From the IMG/VR virus record IMGVR_UViG_3300031772_002739, positions 9,466 to 73,465 of that record: 64,000 nucleotides of DNA. One strand, written 5' to 3'. Positions 50,250 through 60,460 of this stretch are shown piece after piece. Each line of letters begins with the position of its first letter. The stretch's first letter is position 1. Made by a program: the position numbers and the translations under genes. Source of the stretch: a virus. The notes beneath the pieces were generated by a model that was given only the letters and a program-made list of their open reading frames with translations, did not search any database and was not told the DNA's origin.

Positions 50250-51221
50250 TTATAGATAACCTTTCTCTTTCAAATACATATCAACCCGATCCAGGAAAGG
50301 TTGAGGTTTTCCTTTTCCTTGTGTATGTCCTATGAAGTGAGAAATTTTAGATGAAAGACACAAACCCCAACCGCCCATTCCATCTTGTTCGTTTATTTTT
50401 CCAAATACTGGGTGTGGCCCCCACGACCAATTTGGAACTACATAGTATTCTTTTTCATTCAAAATGTGAGGGTGTTTTCTAGATCTAGCTACATTCATTA
50501 AACTACAAAACGATTGTTGTTGAGTTTCCAATGCCGTTCTTTGTTCCCCCCATATTTCATTTCCATCCGACCCGATAATACCAGAATAATCAAATAATGA
50601 TAATAATGAAACGAATCTGTCTGTAGACAACCAATCATCATATATTACCAAATCTATACCTTCAAATCCAGAATTAAACCCTAACAGATTTGGATTTCTA
50701 TATTTGTAAATATTAACAAATTTTTCTCCATACGAAGACGATAATCGTTGAAAACATACTTTATCACAATTTTGATTGAATGGTTCATATATTAAAATAG
50801 GAACCTCATCTATTAACAATTGTAAAACGTCTTTAAAGTCGGTGTTAATTAGAATATCGTCGTCATAAATCAAATAATAACTTTTTAACAAAACTCGTCT
50901 CAAATAATGAGGAAGTAAAATGTGATAAATATTATAGAAATTATCAAATCGTTTAATATCCTTATCACTAACTCCATATGCTATTCTGCAATAATCATTA
51001 AGATAACTTCTAGTATACGGAGTAATATCAAATCCGTAGTTATCTATTAGATCAGACCATTTACTTTTTTCTTCTTTTCCCTCGTTATCCCATAAGATAT
51101 GAAATTCTGGTTCACAATCCATTTCCGATTCTAACATTTTGGTATGAATCTGATGTAAGGCAAAAAACGCCTGTTTGGTTTTATCCCTCATCAAGTTTGC
51201 GACCACAACTTTGTTTTTCAT
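50250..51221 (-). CDS. putative glycosyltransferase-like protein
   Basis: YLIYDDDIL (DxD), FNSG, Q, HFIG; sugar cluster context. Confidence 0.5.
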   Translation of the reverse strand: MKNKVVVANLMRDKTKQAFFALHQIHTKMLESEMDCEPEFHILWDNEGKEEKSKWSDLIDNYGFDITPYTRSYLNDYCRIAYGVSDKDIKRFDNFYNIYHILLPHYLRRVLLKSYYLIYDDDILINTDFKDVLQLLIDEVPILIYEPFNQNCDKVCFQRLSSSYGEKFVNIYKYRNPNLLGFNSGFEGIDLVIYDDWLSTDRFVSLLSLFDYSGIIGSDGNEIWGEQRTALETQQQSFCSLMNVARSRKHPHILNEKEYYVVPNWSWGPHPVFGKINEQDGMGGWGLCLSSKISHFIGHTQGKGKPQPFLDRVDMYLKEKGYL

Positions 51222-51772
51222 TTTATTACCTTCCAGTTTGGATCGTTATAAGCGTCTCCCCATTCTACGATGATTGTAGATTTTCCGTCTTCTCTTTCAT
51301 ACGCCCGGCGATATGAGTTAAAAATTTGTTCAGGTGTATCTAACCTAACAACAATAATGTTTCTACACATTAGTTCAAATACATCTGTAAAATCTCCTGT
51401 ATGTTGATGGAGTGGAAAAAGTGGTTTTTCAGCTCCTATCGACGTTCTTATAATTATTTTTGTTTTATAGGGTTCAGCACCCATCAGATGTAATTTATCA
51501 ATATGATTTACTATATGATTTGTTGCCAATAACAGAAAGTTCCATCGTGGATATATACTTATAGGAACCGTACCGCCCAAAGCCAGACCAATGCTCATGC
51601 CCATTTGTAAATCTTCCGCAACAGGCATTTCCAATTTCTTTTCAATAGGAACATCTTTCAATGTATTTGTCATAGCAGTTCCTTTATACTCAACTGCTTG
51701 ACCTAAAAATAATGTATCCGGCTTTTCTCCCAACCACGTCATTGTCCTTGTTAGTTCTTCGGCATATTTCAT
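51218..51772 (-). CDS. 2-oxoacid dehydrogenase E1 beta-like subunit (truncated)
   Basis: LGQAV, EMPVAE..GM.IGLAL.G, QH. Confidence 0.8.
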   Translation of the reverse strand: MKYAEELTRTMTWLGEKPDTLFLGQAVEYKGTAMTNTLKDVPIEKKLEMPVAEDLQMGMSIGLALGGTVPISIYPRWNFLLLATNHIVNHIDKLHLMGAEPYKTKIIIRTSIGAEKPLFPLHQHTGDFTDVFELMCRNIIVVRLDTPEQIFNSYRRAYEREDGKSTIIVEWGDAYNDPNWKVIK

Positions 51773-51774
51773 AA

Positions 51775-52413
51775 TTAAAATTGTATTCGTTTTCCCGTCC
51801 CGGCATGAGAATATTTATCTAAATTATACCAATAATACCACAAATTTGACGACACTTTTATTATTTTATCGTTAATTTTTTCTGGTTCGTATGATAATTT
51901 GTTTGTGTTCCATGCCGCGTATGTATCAGTACAAACACTCTTTCCATTATTTTCAATTACATATGTAATAGGTAAACCGAAATTAGTAGCATATTTATAA
52001 TTTTCATGAAAACACCCACTTTCAGAAGTCATGTCCCCGATAAAACACCAAACGTGGTTAGACATTTTTTTTCTCTTAATATCTAATGCTGTTCCGTTAG
52101 AAATAGGAATAATACCCCCAACAATAGAAGAAGAAAATATTTTATATTGAGGATAACAGAGTGCCATAGATCTTCCATCAATAATATCTTTTTTAAGAAC
52201 ATCCCAGGGAACACCCTTTAATAATACGTGATAGTGTGATCTCCACGAACAAAATATATAATCATCGTCATTTATATGAGAAAAAATTTCTATTAATTGG
52301 TTTTCATTATTACATGATAAATGGATAACGGAACGAATCGTTTTATTTTCGAAACAATAGGCAATTTCATCCTCAAATTTAATTAAGTCTTCTTTTGTAT
52401 ATTTTCGTATCAT
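51775..52413 (-). CDS. 2-oxoacid dehydrogenase E1 alpha-like TPP subunit
   Basis: HLS..NE, WRSHYH, GRSM, IVGG, FIGD..G..HE..ENN. Confidence 0.8.
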   Translation of the reverse strand: MIRKYTKEDLIKFEDEIAYCFENKTIRSVIHLSCNNENQLIEIFSHINDDDYIFCSWRSHYHVLLKGVPWDVLKKDIIDGRSMALCYPQYKIFSSSIVGGIIPISNGTALDIKRKKMSNHVWCFIGDMTSESGCFHENYKYATNFGLPITYVIENNGKSVCTDTYAAWNTNKLSYEPEKINDKIIKVSSNLWYYWYNLDKYSHAGTGKRIQF

Positions 52414-52422
52414 ATAATAGTG

Positions 52423-53793
52423 TTAAAGTTCATATACATATGTGTTTGGTTTTTCATAATCGTCTAAATTCTTTTTTGGGTTTATTTCATATGCTAATTT
52501 TTGTAATTTTCTAAGTTCATCTATGGACAATTTATCACTATCCATCACTCCTGGATGTTGTTTTCCATAATCATCCCAGTTGTTCGTCAGAATTTTAAGT
52601 CCGTATTCGTGATTTTCTGCTTGTTTCCTTAATAATGTTCCAGGATAAGGACAAGCAATAGGAAATGATGTCGAATATATATCCAAACTTTTTGCATAAT
52701 AGATATTTCTCATTGCAGAATCGTATGTTTCTCCTGGTAATCCTAAAATGAAACATCCTACAGAAATTATGTCTGCATCTTTTGCCCACTTAACTGCTTG
52801 TTTGGCCTCTTCTGCAACAACTCGTTTTCCCATTATTTTTAACATTTCGTCATCGCCATGTTCAAATCCGAAGAAAATATAATAACACCCAGATTTTCTC
52901 ATAAGTTTAAATAATTCTGGAGTTACAGTATCAACTCTTGTTGAACATGACCATTTTAGTTTCTTGTTTATACCTTTATCTATCATGGTTGTAAACAATT
53001 TTTCGTTCCATGTAGGATTGACCGTGAATGTTTCATCTAATACAGTCAATGCTTCGCATCCAAAATCCACTATATTTCTTTCCATTTCAGCTATAACAGA
53101 TTCTACCGATCTTGAAATTCTCCTTTTACCGAACATTCTTGAACAAAAATTGCAGGTAAAAGGACACCCTCTGCTCGTCACGATAGGTAATTCCAACTTT
53201 GTTCTGTGTGGATCTGAACCAGGATATTTTGATAAATCAAATTCTTCCCAAGCTGGAAATGGTATTGAATCCAAATCGAGAAGTTTGTTATTGACGGTTT
53301 TACTTAACTTTCTGGTTATAATTCCTGGTATTACACTTAAATCGTTTAAGTTATTTAAAATTTTTGGGAACAAGTTTTCAGATTCTCCACATACAACAAA
53401 ATCGAATGTGGAAAATTCAGAAAGAGTTTCAAATGGTATAGCGGTAGTATGCGGCCCGCCGACACCTATCACAATATCTGGAAAATTTTCTTTTATTTTT
53501 TCTGCTACATACGCGGCAGATTTTATTTGAACTGTGAAAGCTGTAAAACCAACAACGGTTGGATGTGTATCCTTGATAATTTTTAATATGCCATCAACAT
53601 CTATTTCGTAAGCGGCCATGTCAACATATTTAGTGTTGATGTTTTCTTTTTTTGATATAGCTAACAAATATCCCATGCCCATATGTGGTGGTTGTTGTCG
53701 TTGAATTTTTTCATCGACTTTCATTTTGTCTTTACGAAGTCGTTCTGAATTTAAGTTTGCACAAGGATTAATTAATAAAAAATCTAGTTTCAT
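52423..53793 (-). CDS. B12-binding radical SAM enzyme (class B methylase-like)
   Basis: GGPH, GESE, TSRGCPFTCNFC, DETF, GFE, FILGLPGE, PYPGT. Confidence 0.85.
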   Translation of the reverse strand: MKLDFLLINPCANLNSERLRKDKMKVDEKIQRQQPPHMGMGYLLAISKKENINTKYVDMAAYEIDVDGILKIIKDTHPTVVGFTAFTVQIKSAAYVAEKIKENFPDIVIGVGGPHTTAIPFETLSEFSTFDFVVCGESENLFPKILNNLNDLSVIPGIITRKLSKTVNNKLLDLDSIPFPAWEEFDLSKYPGSDPHRTKLELPIVTSRGCPFTCNFCSRMFGKRRISRSVESVIAEMERNIVDFGCEALTVLDETFTVNPTWNEKLFTTMIDKGINKKLKWSCSTRVDTVTPELFKLMRKSGCYYIFFGFEHGDDEMLKIMGKRVVAEEAKQAVKWAKDADIISVGCFILGLPGETYDSAMRNIYYAKSLDIYSTSFPIACPYPGTLLRKQAENHEYGLKILTNNWDDYGKQHPGVMDSDKLSIDELRKLQKLAYEINPKKNLDDYEKPNTYVYEL

Positions 53794-54746
53794 ACTATTT
53801 TTCTGTAATAATCTAATAGAAACTGAACGCTATCAGACAATTTATATTTTGGTTTCCACGATGTTTTATTTACAAATTTATCTATGTTTGGAATTTGCAT
53901 GGTCACGTCCACGGGCCTTAATAACTTTGGATCTTGTTCGTGAGGAACGTCAGGCAATATAGAATAAGATAATAATTCTTTAAGAAAATCTCCAACGGTC
54001 AACACGTCGGTGCCTCCTATATTGTATTCTTCTCCATAATTACACATATTGGCCGAAACCCAATATGCGTCGGCAGTATCTCTGACATCCATTAGTGTTC
54101 TTGTTGAATCCAAATTTCCGTATGTAATTTTATCGCGTTTTCCCTTCTCAACTTCGACTAATTGTCTGGCAAATGCACTCGAAAAAATATCCGGTCTTCT
54201 GGGGTTGATATATGTAAATGCTCTTGTAATTACACATTTTATTCCATACGAACAATAGTAAGATTTGACCAACTTCTCTTGAGTCAGTTTACTAATAGCA
54301 TATACATTGACGGGATCTAATCTGTGGGTTTCTACAATGGGTGTATCCTCTTTTCTTACTTGTCCGTAAACCTCCGAAGTTCCGGCATAGTGAACAATCG
54401 TCGGTAATTTCAATATTCTAATGGCTTCTAATAAGTTGATGGTGGAATCCACGTTGTTTTTCAATACGGCAATGGGATTGACGAAACACAATCTTACATT
54501 GGCGTGAGAAGCCATATGAAAAATATAATCGGGCCGAACTTCGTCTAAAACTCTGATGGTAGAACTTAAGTCGGTCAAATCACATTCATGAAGAAATATT
54601 CCATCCTTAATATTTTCAAGATTTTTATTTGACCCGTTGGTGTGCCATCTGGCTATTCCATGAACTTCCATATTAGGAACATCAACCAAATATTCCGCCA
54701 TATAACTGGGACCGCTTCCGTTTATACCTGTTATTAGTGATTTCAT
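53790..54746 (-). CDS. gmd: GDP-mannose 4,6-dehydratase-like protein
   Basis: LITGINGS..SY, DLTD, SEVYG, YAISK, GNLDS.R, LLRP.D. Confidence 0.75.
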   Translation of the reverse strand: MKSLITGINGSGPSYMAEYLVDVPNMEVHGIARWHTNGSNKNLENIKDGIFLHECDLTDLSSTIRVLDEVRPDYIFHMASHANVRLCFVNPIAVLKNNVDSTINLLEAIRILKLPTIVHYAGTSEVYGQVRKEDTPIVETHRLDPVNVYAISKLTQEKLVKSYYCSYGIKCVITRAFTYINPRRPDIFSSAFARQLVEVEKGKRDKITYGNLDSTRTLMDVRDTADAYWVSANMCNYGEEYNIGGTDVLTVGDFLKELLSYSILPDVPHEQDPKLLRPVDVTMQIPNIDKFVNKTSWKPKYKLSDSVQFLLDYYRKIV

Positions 54747-54747
54747 G

Positions 54748-55227
54748 TTATGTATTTTCGGATTTTAAAGTTCCGTCTTCGTTAATTTCATCATATGGCG
54801 GAATGGTAAATTCTGCTAACACATCAGAGATTGGAGGAGGGTCAAATATGTTTCCTACTACTTTAGTAAAGGTTGATATTAAACTTCCATCGATATTTCC
54901 ATCTTTATACCTCAATGTTATTAAAGGTATATTGATACCTCCATCTGACAAAATTCTAAAAGAAACGAGCGTATCACAAAATATAACTTTCCCTTTCTCA
55001 CCATCGTTATAAATTGTTTCAACAATATCTCCTTCATATACATCAACACCGTTGGAATCTTTGATACCGGTATATTGTTGAACAGAAATTGATTTGTTGT
55101 TCGTTAGATCTTCCAAAAAAGAATTGAGTGTTGCAGATTTGGGGTCGCCAAGATTCTCCAAAAACAAATCATTAACCCATTTATTCAACGAATGGGACCA
55201 CACTCTAAATTTAAACTTTCTACTCAT
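54748..55227 (-). CDS. YopX family protein
   Basis: KFRVW, QQYTG.KD.NG..VYEGDIV, VVGNIF. Confidence 0.8.
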   Translation of the reverse strand: MSRKFKFRVWSHSLNKWVNDLFLENLGDPKSATLNSFLEDLTNNKSISVQQYTGIKDSNGVDVYEGDIVETIYNDGEKGKVIFCDTLVSFRILSDGGINIPLITLRYKDGNIDGSLISTFTKVVGNIFDPPPISDVLAEFTIPPYDEINEDGTLKSENT

Positions 55228-56558
55228 AAATTTTTCATAAACCTTTCCAAAACTTCTCCGATATAATCAATTTGTTCTTTAAGAAGAACCGGGCTCGTCC
55301 CCAAGAAAAACGTGTCGGTAGTGACTTTAGTAGCATTAGGATACTTATCTTTAGGTATATTGTATGCTGCTTCTTCCAGACCGGCATATGCTGGTTGAAG
55401 TAATAGATTACCACCAAAATAATTTCTTGTCTGTATTTTATTATCCTCAAAAAATTGGCAAATATCCGATCTCTTGAACGTAACACCGTCTTTAATAGTC
55501 AAAGGAAATGCAAACCAACTTGGCTTGGCTTTTTCTGTCGCTCTTGGAAGAATAAAACGATCCTCGTATGGTAGAAACTTTTCCATCAACCATTCATAAT
55601 TCTGTATTCTTCTGGCATGGATTTCAGGCAATCGTTCGATCTGCTCTAATCCGATAGAACACTGTAGTTCAATAGGCTTTAAGTTATAACCAATTTCTTC
55701 ATACACATATTTGTGGTCAAACACATAATCTGGCATAGATGGTAGCCAATTGGAAAATCTTTTCTTACACATACCACATTTGAGAAGATTTTGTTTCTTT
55801 CCTACACAATAACATCCTCTACCCCACTCTCTCAAACTTCTAACTATGGTTTCCTGTTCTTTTGTTCTACAGGCCACAAAACCTCCTTCTCCCATTGTAA
55901 TGTGATGAGCCGGATAAAATGAACAGGTAGCCAGTTCTCCGAAACTACCCAACAGTTTTCCGTCATATGTAGTTCCAAGAGCATCACAACAATCTTCCAA
56001 TAGAATCAACTTGTATTCCTTTACAAGATTCATCAACTTATCCATGTTGGGTGGGTTAGCTAATACATGAGCGAATGTGATGGCTCGTATATCTTCATGT
56101 CTTTCCAAAGCGCTTTCTACACGATCAACATCAAGGTTTAGATTATCCAATTGAATATCTACAAAAACTGGCTTAAAACCAAATTGGAGTAGTGGATTGA
56201 GTGTAGTAGGAAATCCTGCTACAGGAGTTAAAATTTTCGTTCCTTTCGGAAAATTATACAACCTTCTTGAAGTTAATGCTGCCATCATAAGAAGGTTAGC
56301 ACTTGAACCGCTATTCGTGACGATGCCGTATTCCTTACCTAACAATGGAGGAAACTTCCGCTCAAATTCCATTGCTTCTTCTCCGAGAACCAACCACCCT
56401 TTAAGAAATGTATCTATAGCTCTGATATATTCTTTTGAAGAAAGATATGGTCCAGAATATTGAACCCAATCTTCTCCTGGTTTCCAAGTTTTAGAAGATT
56501 GTTTTTCTTCTACGTATTCTTGGACAAGACGAAGGATTTGTTGTAACTTTTCTTCCAT
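55224..56558 (-). CDS. rfbH: CDP-4-keto-6-deoxyglucose 3-dehydratase (E1, RfbH/DdhC-like)
   Basis: NSGSSANL, EDCCDALG, SFYPAHHITMGEGG, WGRGCYC..CG, DHKY. Confidence 0.85.
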   Translation of the reverse strand: MEEKLQQILRLVQEYVEEKQSSKTWKPGEDWVQYSGPYLSSKEYIRAIDTFLKGWLVLGEEAMEFERKFPPLLGKEYGIVTNSGSSANLLMMAALTSRRLYNFPKGTKILTPVAGFPTTLNPLLQFGFKPVFVDIQLDNLNLDVDRVESALERHEDIRAITFAHVLANPPNMDKLMNLVKEYKLILLEDCCDALGTTYDGKLLGSFGELATCSFYPAHHITMGEGGFVACRTKEQETIVRSLREWGRGCYCVGKKQNLLKCGMCKKRFSNWLPSMPDYVFDHKYVYEEIGYNLKPIELQCSIGLEQIERLPEIHARRIQNYEWLMEKFLPYEDRFILPRATEKAKPSWFAFPLTIKDGVTFKRSDICQFFEDNKIQTRNYFGGNLLLQPAYAGLEEAAYNIPKDKYPNATKVTTDTFFLGTSPVLLKEQIDYIGEVLERFMKNL

Positions 56559-56568
56559 AACAATGACT

Positions 56569-56596
56569 AATATACAGTATAAAACCTGAAAGTCAA
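56569..56596 (-). promoter_or_regulatory. sigma70-like internal promoter
   Basis: minus strand TTGACT-N16-TATATT, 10 nt before ATG 56558. Confidence 0.5.
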
Positions 56597-56600
56597 TTTT

Positions 56601-57125
56601 TTATTTATTTGAATCTCCTAAAGCGTCTCTTTCTGATAAAATAGGCACAATAGGTAAATAAATATCAAGATCATTCCATCGAATTGTTATTTGTTTTCCT
56701 TTTCCACTATAATATTCAGTCTGTTTGTAAGAAAACACACAAAACTCTGACAAACAAAGATGCCCGTTAACAAAACCAGCTGGAACTAAAATTTGTAATT
56801 TATTAGAGTCATTAATTGTAAATTTTTCATGTTTTTTATAATTTGGAGAATCCTTTCTCATGTCGGCCACAATCAACAAAATTTCCCCCTTTAAACACTG
56901 TATCAATTTCCATGTTTTACTATCACCATGAAGACCACGAAAGACATTCTGCCGGGAAATAGAAACATCATCCTGAATAAATCTTAGAGGTTTTCCGTCG
57001 AAATCAGTTAAAATAGAATACTTTTCTTCGTTGAAAGTTTCTACATAAGTTCCTCTAAAATCATAAAAAATTTCTGGCTGAATGATTTTTACTTCCCAGA
57101 GTATTTTACTGCTTTCAATGTTCAT
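56601..57125 (-). CDS. rmlC: dTDP-4-dehydrorhamnose 3,5-epimerase-like cupin
   Basis: D.RG..E, FIQD..S.S..V.RGLH, P.GF.NGH, Y. Confidence 0.8.
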   Translation of the reverse strand: MNIESSKILWEVKIIQPEIFYDFRGTYVETFNEEKYSILTDFDGKPLRFIQDDVSISRQNVFRGLHGDSKTWKLIQCLKGEILLIVADMRKDSPNYKKHEKFTINDSNKLQILVPAGFVNGHLCLSEFCVFSYKQTEYYSGKGKQITIRWNDLDIYLPIVPILSERDALGDSNK

Positions 57126-58048
57126 AATTTTTTCAAATGTTGTACGTTAAAATAAACTGAATCGTGAGGGTTGACCACACGTTTTTTGTTTATTATAAAA
57201 TATATCTCTTCTGCGCCGTTTTCAACAGTATATATAGGTGTCCATCCAAGATTTTGATACTTATCAAAGTTAATTTTGTAGTTTCTAGAATCTTCAAATT
57301 CCTTTTCGGTCAATTTTATTTCTACATTTGGAATGGCTAACGCTATTTTTTCAGCCACATTTCTGATGGTATAGTTAGCATATGTCAAATTAAACACCCC
57401 ACGAATATTGTTTTGAAGACCAAATAAAATCGCTCGGCTAACATCTCTCACATGCAGTATTGGCCTCCACTGTTCGCCCCCAAAAACTGAAAGACATTTT
57501 TCGGTGGCTGCTTTGTATGCCAAATAATTGACTATCAAATCCAAACGGAGCCTTGTAAAGAAATCCCCCAACCCAAACAATGTTCCCAATCTAAAAACAA
57601 GATGGTTTGAGTGGTTTTTTGTAATGTATTGTTCGGCTTCTAATTTGGTTTCCCCGTATAATGAAATGGGATTGGTAGGAGAAGTTTCATCCAACATCCC
57701 CTCATTAATGCCGTAAACGGAACAAGTAGAAGTAAATACAATCTTTCCTTTATAATTATCTACTAACCATTTGACCGTATTAACATTGACTTCTCGGGTC
57801 AATGTGGGATTTACATCACATGCTTCGGCACCAACTATAGCTGGCAACCATACGACAATATCATATTCGTTTATATTATTAAACGTTTTTGGATCTCTTA
57901 CATCACCGTTGATGAACCTAATTGGCTTCATATATCTGGTTTCATATAGAAGGTTATCTATTACGGTCACTTCATGGTTGTTATCAGTAAATAAATCTGT
58001 AAGATAACCACCAACATATCCTGCACCACCAGCTATCAATATTTTCAT
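57122..58048 (-). CDS. NAD-dependent epimerase/dehydratase
   Basis: GGAGYVG, STCSVYG, YGETK, RLDL. Confidence 0.85.
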   Translation of the reverse strand: MKILIAGGAGYVGGYLTDLFTDNNHEVTVIDNLLYETRYMKPIRFINGDVRDPKTFNNINEYDIVVWLPAIVGAEACDVNPTLTREVNVNTVKWLVDNYKGKIVFTSTCSVYGINEGMLDETSPTNPISLYGETKLEAEQYITKNHSNHLVFRLGTLFGLGDFFTRLRLDLIVNYLAYKAATEKCLSVFGGEQWRPILHVRDVSRAILFGLQNNIRGVFNLTYANYTIRNVAEKIALAIPNVEIKLTEKEFEDSRNYKINFDKYQNLGWTPIYTVENGAEEIYFIINKKRVVNPHDSVYFNVQHLKKL

Positions 58049-59397
58049 AATTTTAATTTGTTATAATTTTTTGATAAAACATCAAACGTTCGTTTCAATA
58101 TATCGGAACTAGAATCTACTTTAGATCCACCGGTATATATTATTTTTATACCTAATCTATTACATGTTTCTTTTTCTTTTAAGGATGAATTGTTTTCTGT
58201 TCTATCTCCACCATTACAAAAAATGTGTGGATTTATCTTTTCTAATGTTTTTGACACAGACCTATCCGAATCTATTGATATAACAACTTCATCGACTCCT
58301 TTTATATTTGAAACTATATATGCTCTATTTTTTTCATTTATTACTGAAGGTGTCGATTTTAATTTTGCTTGTTGATCGGAATTTATTATAGCTATTAAAT
58401 ATCCGCCAAGTTTCTTAGCATTTCTTATATAATCTATATGTCCGGCATGTAAAATTTGAAAATATCCACTAATAGCTACATTTATAGTAAATTTTTTAGT
58501 AATTTTTTTACAAATATCTAATAATCTCTCTTGAGACATTTTAAATTTTAACATATTTATATCTTTATGAACCCACTGAATATTGTCTGTTGTATATCCT
58601 CTGTGATTATCTATTCTATCTAAAGATGATATTCCTTTTTTACTTCTTGTTGAGAAATATAAATCTTCTCCTGTTAAATTACACTTTCCACTTTGCCATA
58701 AAAATTGTTTATTCATATCTTCCATCGAGACAGAAAAATTTATATTTCTTAAAAATGCGCCGCGCCTTATTGAAGTATAATAATTTTTAGTAATATATCC
58801 AATTCCTTTAAAATTTTTGTGTGTTATATTTATGTATTTTGGAGGCAATCCGACTTTTTTGGATTCATGAGTATTAAAATGTATCTTTATACACGAATTT
58901 ATAAAGCCGGAATCATTTTTATTATTTTTCATTAGATTTATATCTTTATGAACCCACTGTACATTATTTTTTACGTATCCTTTAGATGAATTTATTCTGT
59001 CTAAAGATGCTGTTTTGTCTATAAAAGATAACGGCTCATCAACAAAGAAACATTTCTTGTTTTGTTTATTATACAATTTTTCTAAATAATTAATAGAAAT
59101 ATTAAATTTTAAATTTCTTGTTTTGGCATTTCGTTTTATTGAATTAAAATAATCCATTGGAATTATTTCCCCCCCTTTCCATTTAGGATTGTTTGGACCA
59201 ATTATATTTCTTGAACAACATTTATGACAGTTTTTTGTATGTAAAATATTACTTTTAGTTGTTATATAAATATTATTACAATTACAATTGAGACATTTAA
59301 CTTTATATTTAGAATGAATATTTTTCTTTGATTCTACACATTCTATTATTAATCTATCGTTCAATATCTTTCCGGATAAATTTTCTCGTATTCTCAT
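58045..59397 (-). CDS. fusion of tandem HNH-like endonuclease domains and an HxGH cytidylyltransferase
   Basis: two SLDRI...GY...N.QWVHKDIN.MK units, then ISGYFQILHAGH..NSD..R..GVDEV..NGGDR..SSS. Confidence 0.75.
   Translation of the reverse strand: MRIRENLSGKILNDRLIIECVESKKNIHSKYKVKCLNCNCNNIYITTKSNILHTKNCHKCCSRNIIGPNNPKWKGGEIIPMDYFNSIKRNAKTRNLKFNISINYLEKLYNKQNKKCFFVDEPLSFIDKTASLDRINSSKGYVKNNVQWVHKDINLMKNNKNDSGFINSCIKIHFNTHESKKVGLPPKYINITHKNFKGIGYITKNYYTSIRRGAFLRNINFSVSMEDMNKQFLWQSGKCNLTGEDLYFSTRSKKGISSLDRIDNHRGYTTDNIQWVHKDINMLKFKMSQERLLDICKKITKKFTINVAISGYFQILHAGHIDYIRNAKKLGGYLIAIINSDQQAKLKSTPSVINEKNRAYIVSNIKGVDEVVISIDSDRSVSKTLEKINPHIFCNGGDRTENNSSLKEKETCNRLGIKIIYTGGSKVDSSSDILKRTFDVLSKNYNKLKL
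58555..58959. repeat. 24-bp exact direct repeat inside the duplicated nuclease domains
   Basis: atttatatctttatgaacccactg at 58555-58578 and 58936-58959. Confidence 0.85.
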
Positions 59398-59479
59398 ATA
59401 AATTAAATATTTATGACTATTCTAAAAATTAAATTTATCATATCTAAAAGATTAGAATATTCAGATACAATTTTTACTT

Positions 59480-60460
59480 TCATAAGTTTAATGTTGGTTC
59501 AAAATAAACATGAGTCACTCCGTTAAATTCTAATTTAACATCTAACACGTTTTTATTGAAAATTTCTTTAGCTTTTTCTTTTACTTTGGGGTCACATATA
59601 CCCAATACAAATCCACATCCTCCACTTCCCAGTAATTTTACTCCATAAGCACCAATAGTCAATAATTTTTCAGCAATCTCGTTAATTTTATTGTTGCTTA
59701 TTAGAGATGAAATTTTCTGTTTTTCTTTCCACGATTCTAATAGGAGAGTTCCTATTTCTTTCAAATCTTCTTTTAAAAATGAATTATATGCTGTTTTCGA
59801 TAACTCCAATATCTTAGTTTTGTCTTTATTATCGTGAGATTTAGCTATTTCTCCAGAATCGGTTCGTTGGTCGTTAGTATAAACTAAAATCAAAGAATCT
59901 TCAAATAGTTTTTTAAACTCATATGAAACAGGCAATGGCCGAACGAAAAACTCTCCGTTAGTAGTAATTTCAATTGAATTTAACCCCCCATATGATGCCC
60001 ATATTTGATCTTGGATGCCTCCTGGCTCTTTGAGTATTTCTCTTTCAATACAAATGGCTTCTGTTGCAATTTTCTTTTTGTTTATGTTTAATCGATATTC
60101 TTTCCATAACGCATATAAAATAGACACACAAAACGTAGATGATCCTCCCAATCCTGTTCGTGATGGAATATCAGAAAACATGTGTATGTCAACAGAAGTT
60201 TGGTCCGGGCCACTATAACGTTTAAGAATTTCTCTTATTAGAGGATGTTTAATGTCTTTTATATCGGACACTACCTCTTGTTTAGAGTAAGATATAACAG
60301 ACATATCGGATACTATGCTCGGCCTGAATCTGAAAGACGTGTAAATATATTTGTCTATGGTGGTGCCTATCAATAACGATCCATGTTCTTTGTAGAACGA
60401 CTCATAATCAGTCGATCCGCCGAACAAAGACAATCTGAATGGTGCCTTTACAATTATCAT
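59480..60460 (-). CDS. hddA: GHMP sugar kinase (heptose-7-phosphate kinase HddA-like)
   Basis: APFRLSLFGGSTD, P..TGLGGSS, G.QDQ, KLLGSGGCGF. Confidence 0.75.
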   Translation of the reverse strand: MIIVKAPFRLSLFGGSTDYESFYKEHGSLLIGTTIDKYIYTSFRFRPSIVSDMSVISYSKQEVVSDIKDIKHPLIREILKRYSGPDQTSVDIHMFSDIPSRTGLGGSSTFCVSILYALWKEYRLNINKKKIATEAICIEREILKEPGGIQDQIWASYGGLNSIEITTNGEFFVRPLPVSYEFKKLFEDSLILVYTNDQRTDSGEIAKSHDNKDKTKILELSKTAYNSFLKEDLKEIGTLLLESWKEKQKISSLISNNKINEIAEKLLTIGAYGVKLLGSGGCGFVLGICDPKVKEKAKEIFNKNVLDVKLEFNGVTHVYFEPTLNL

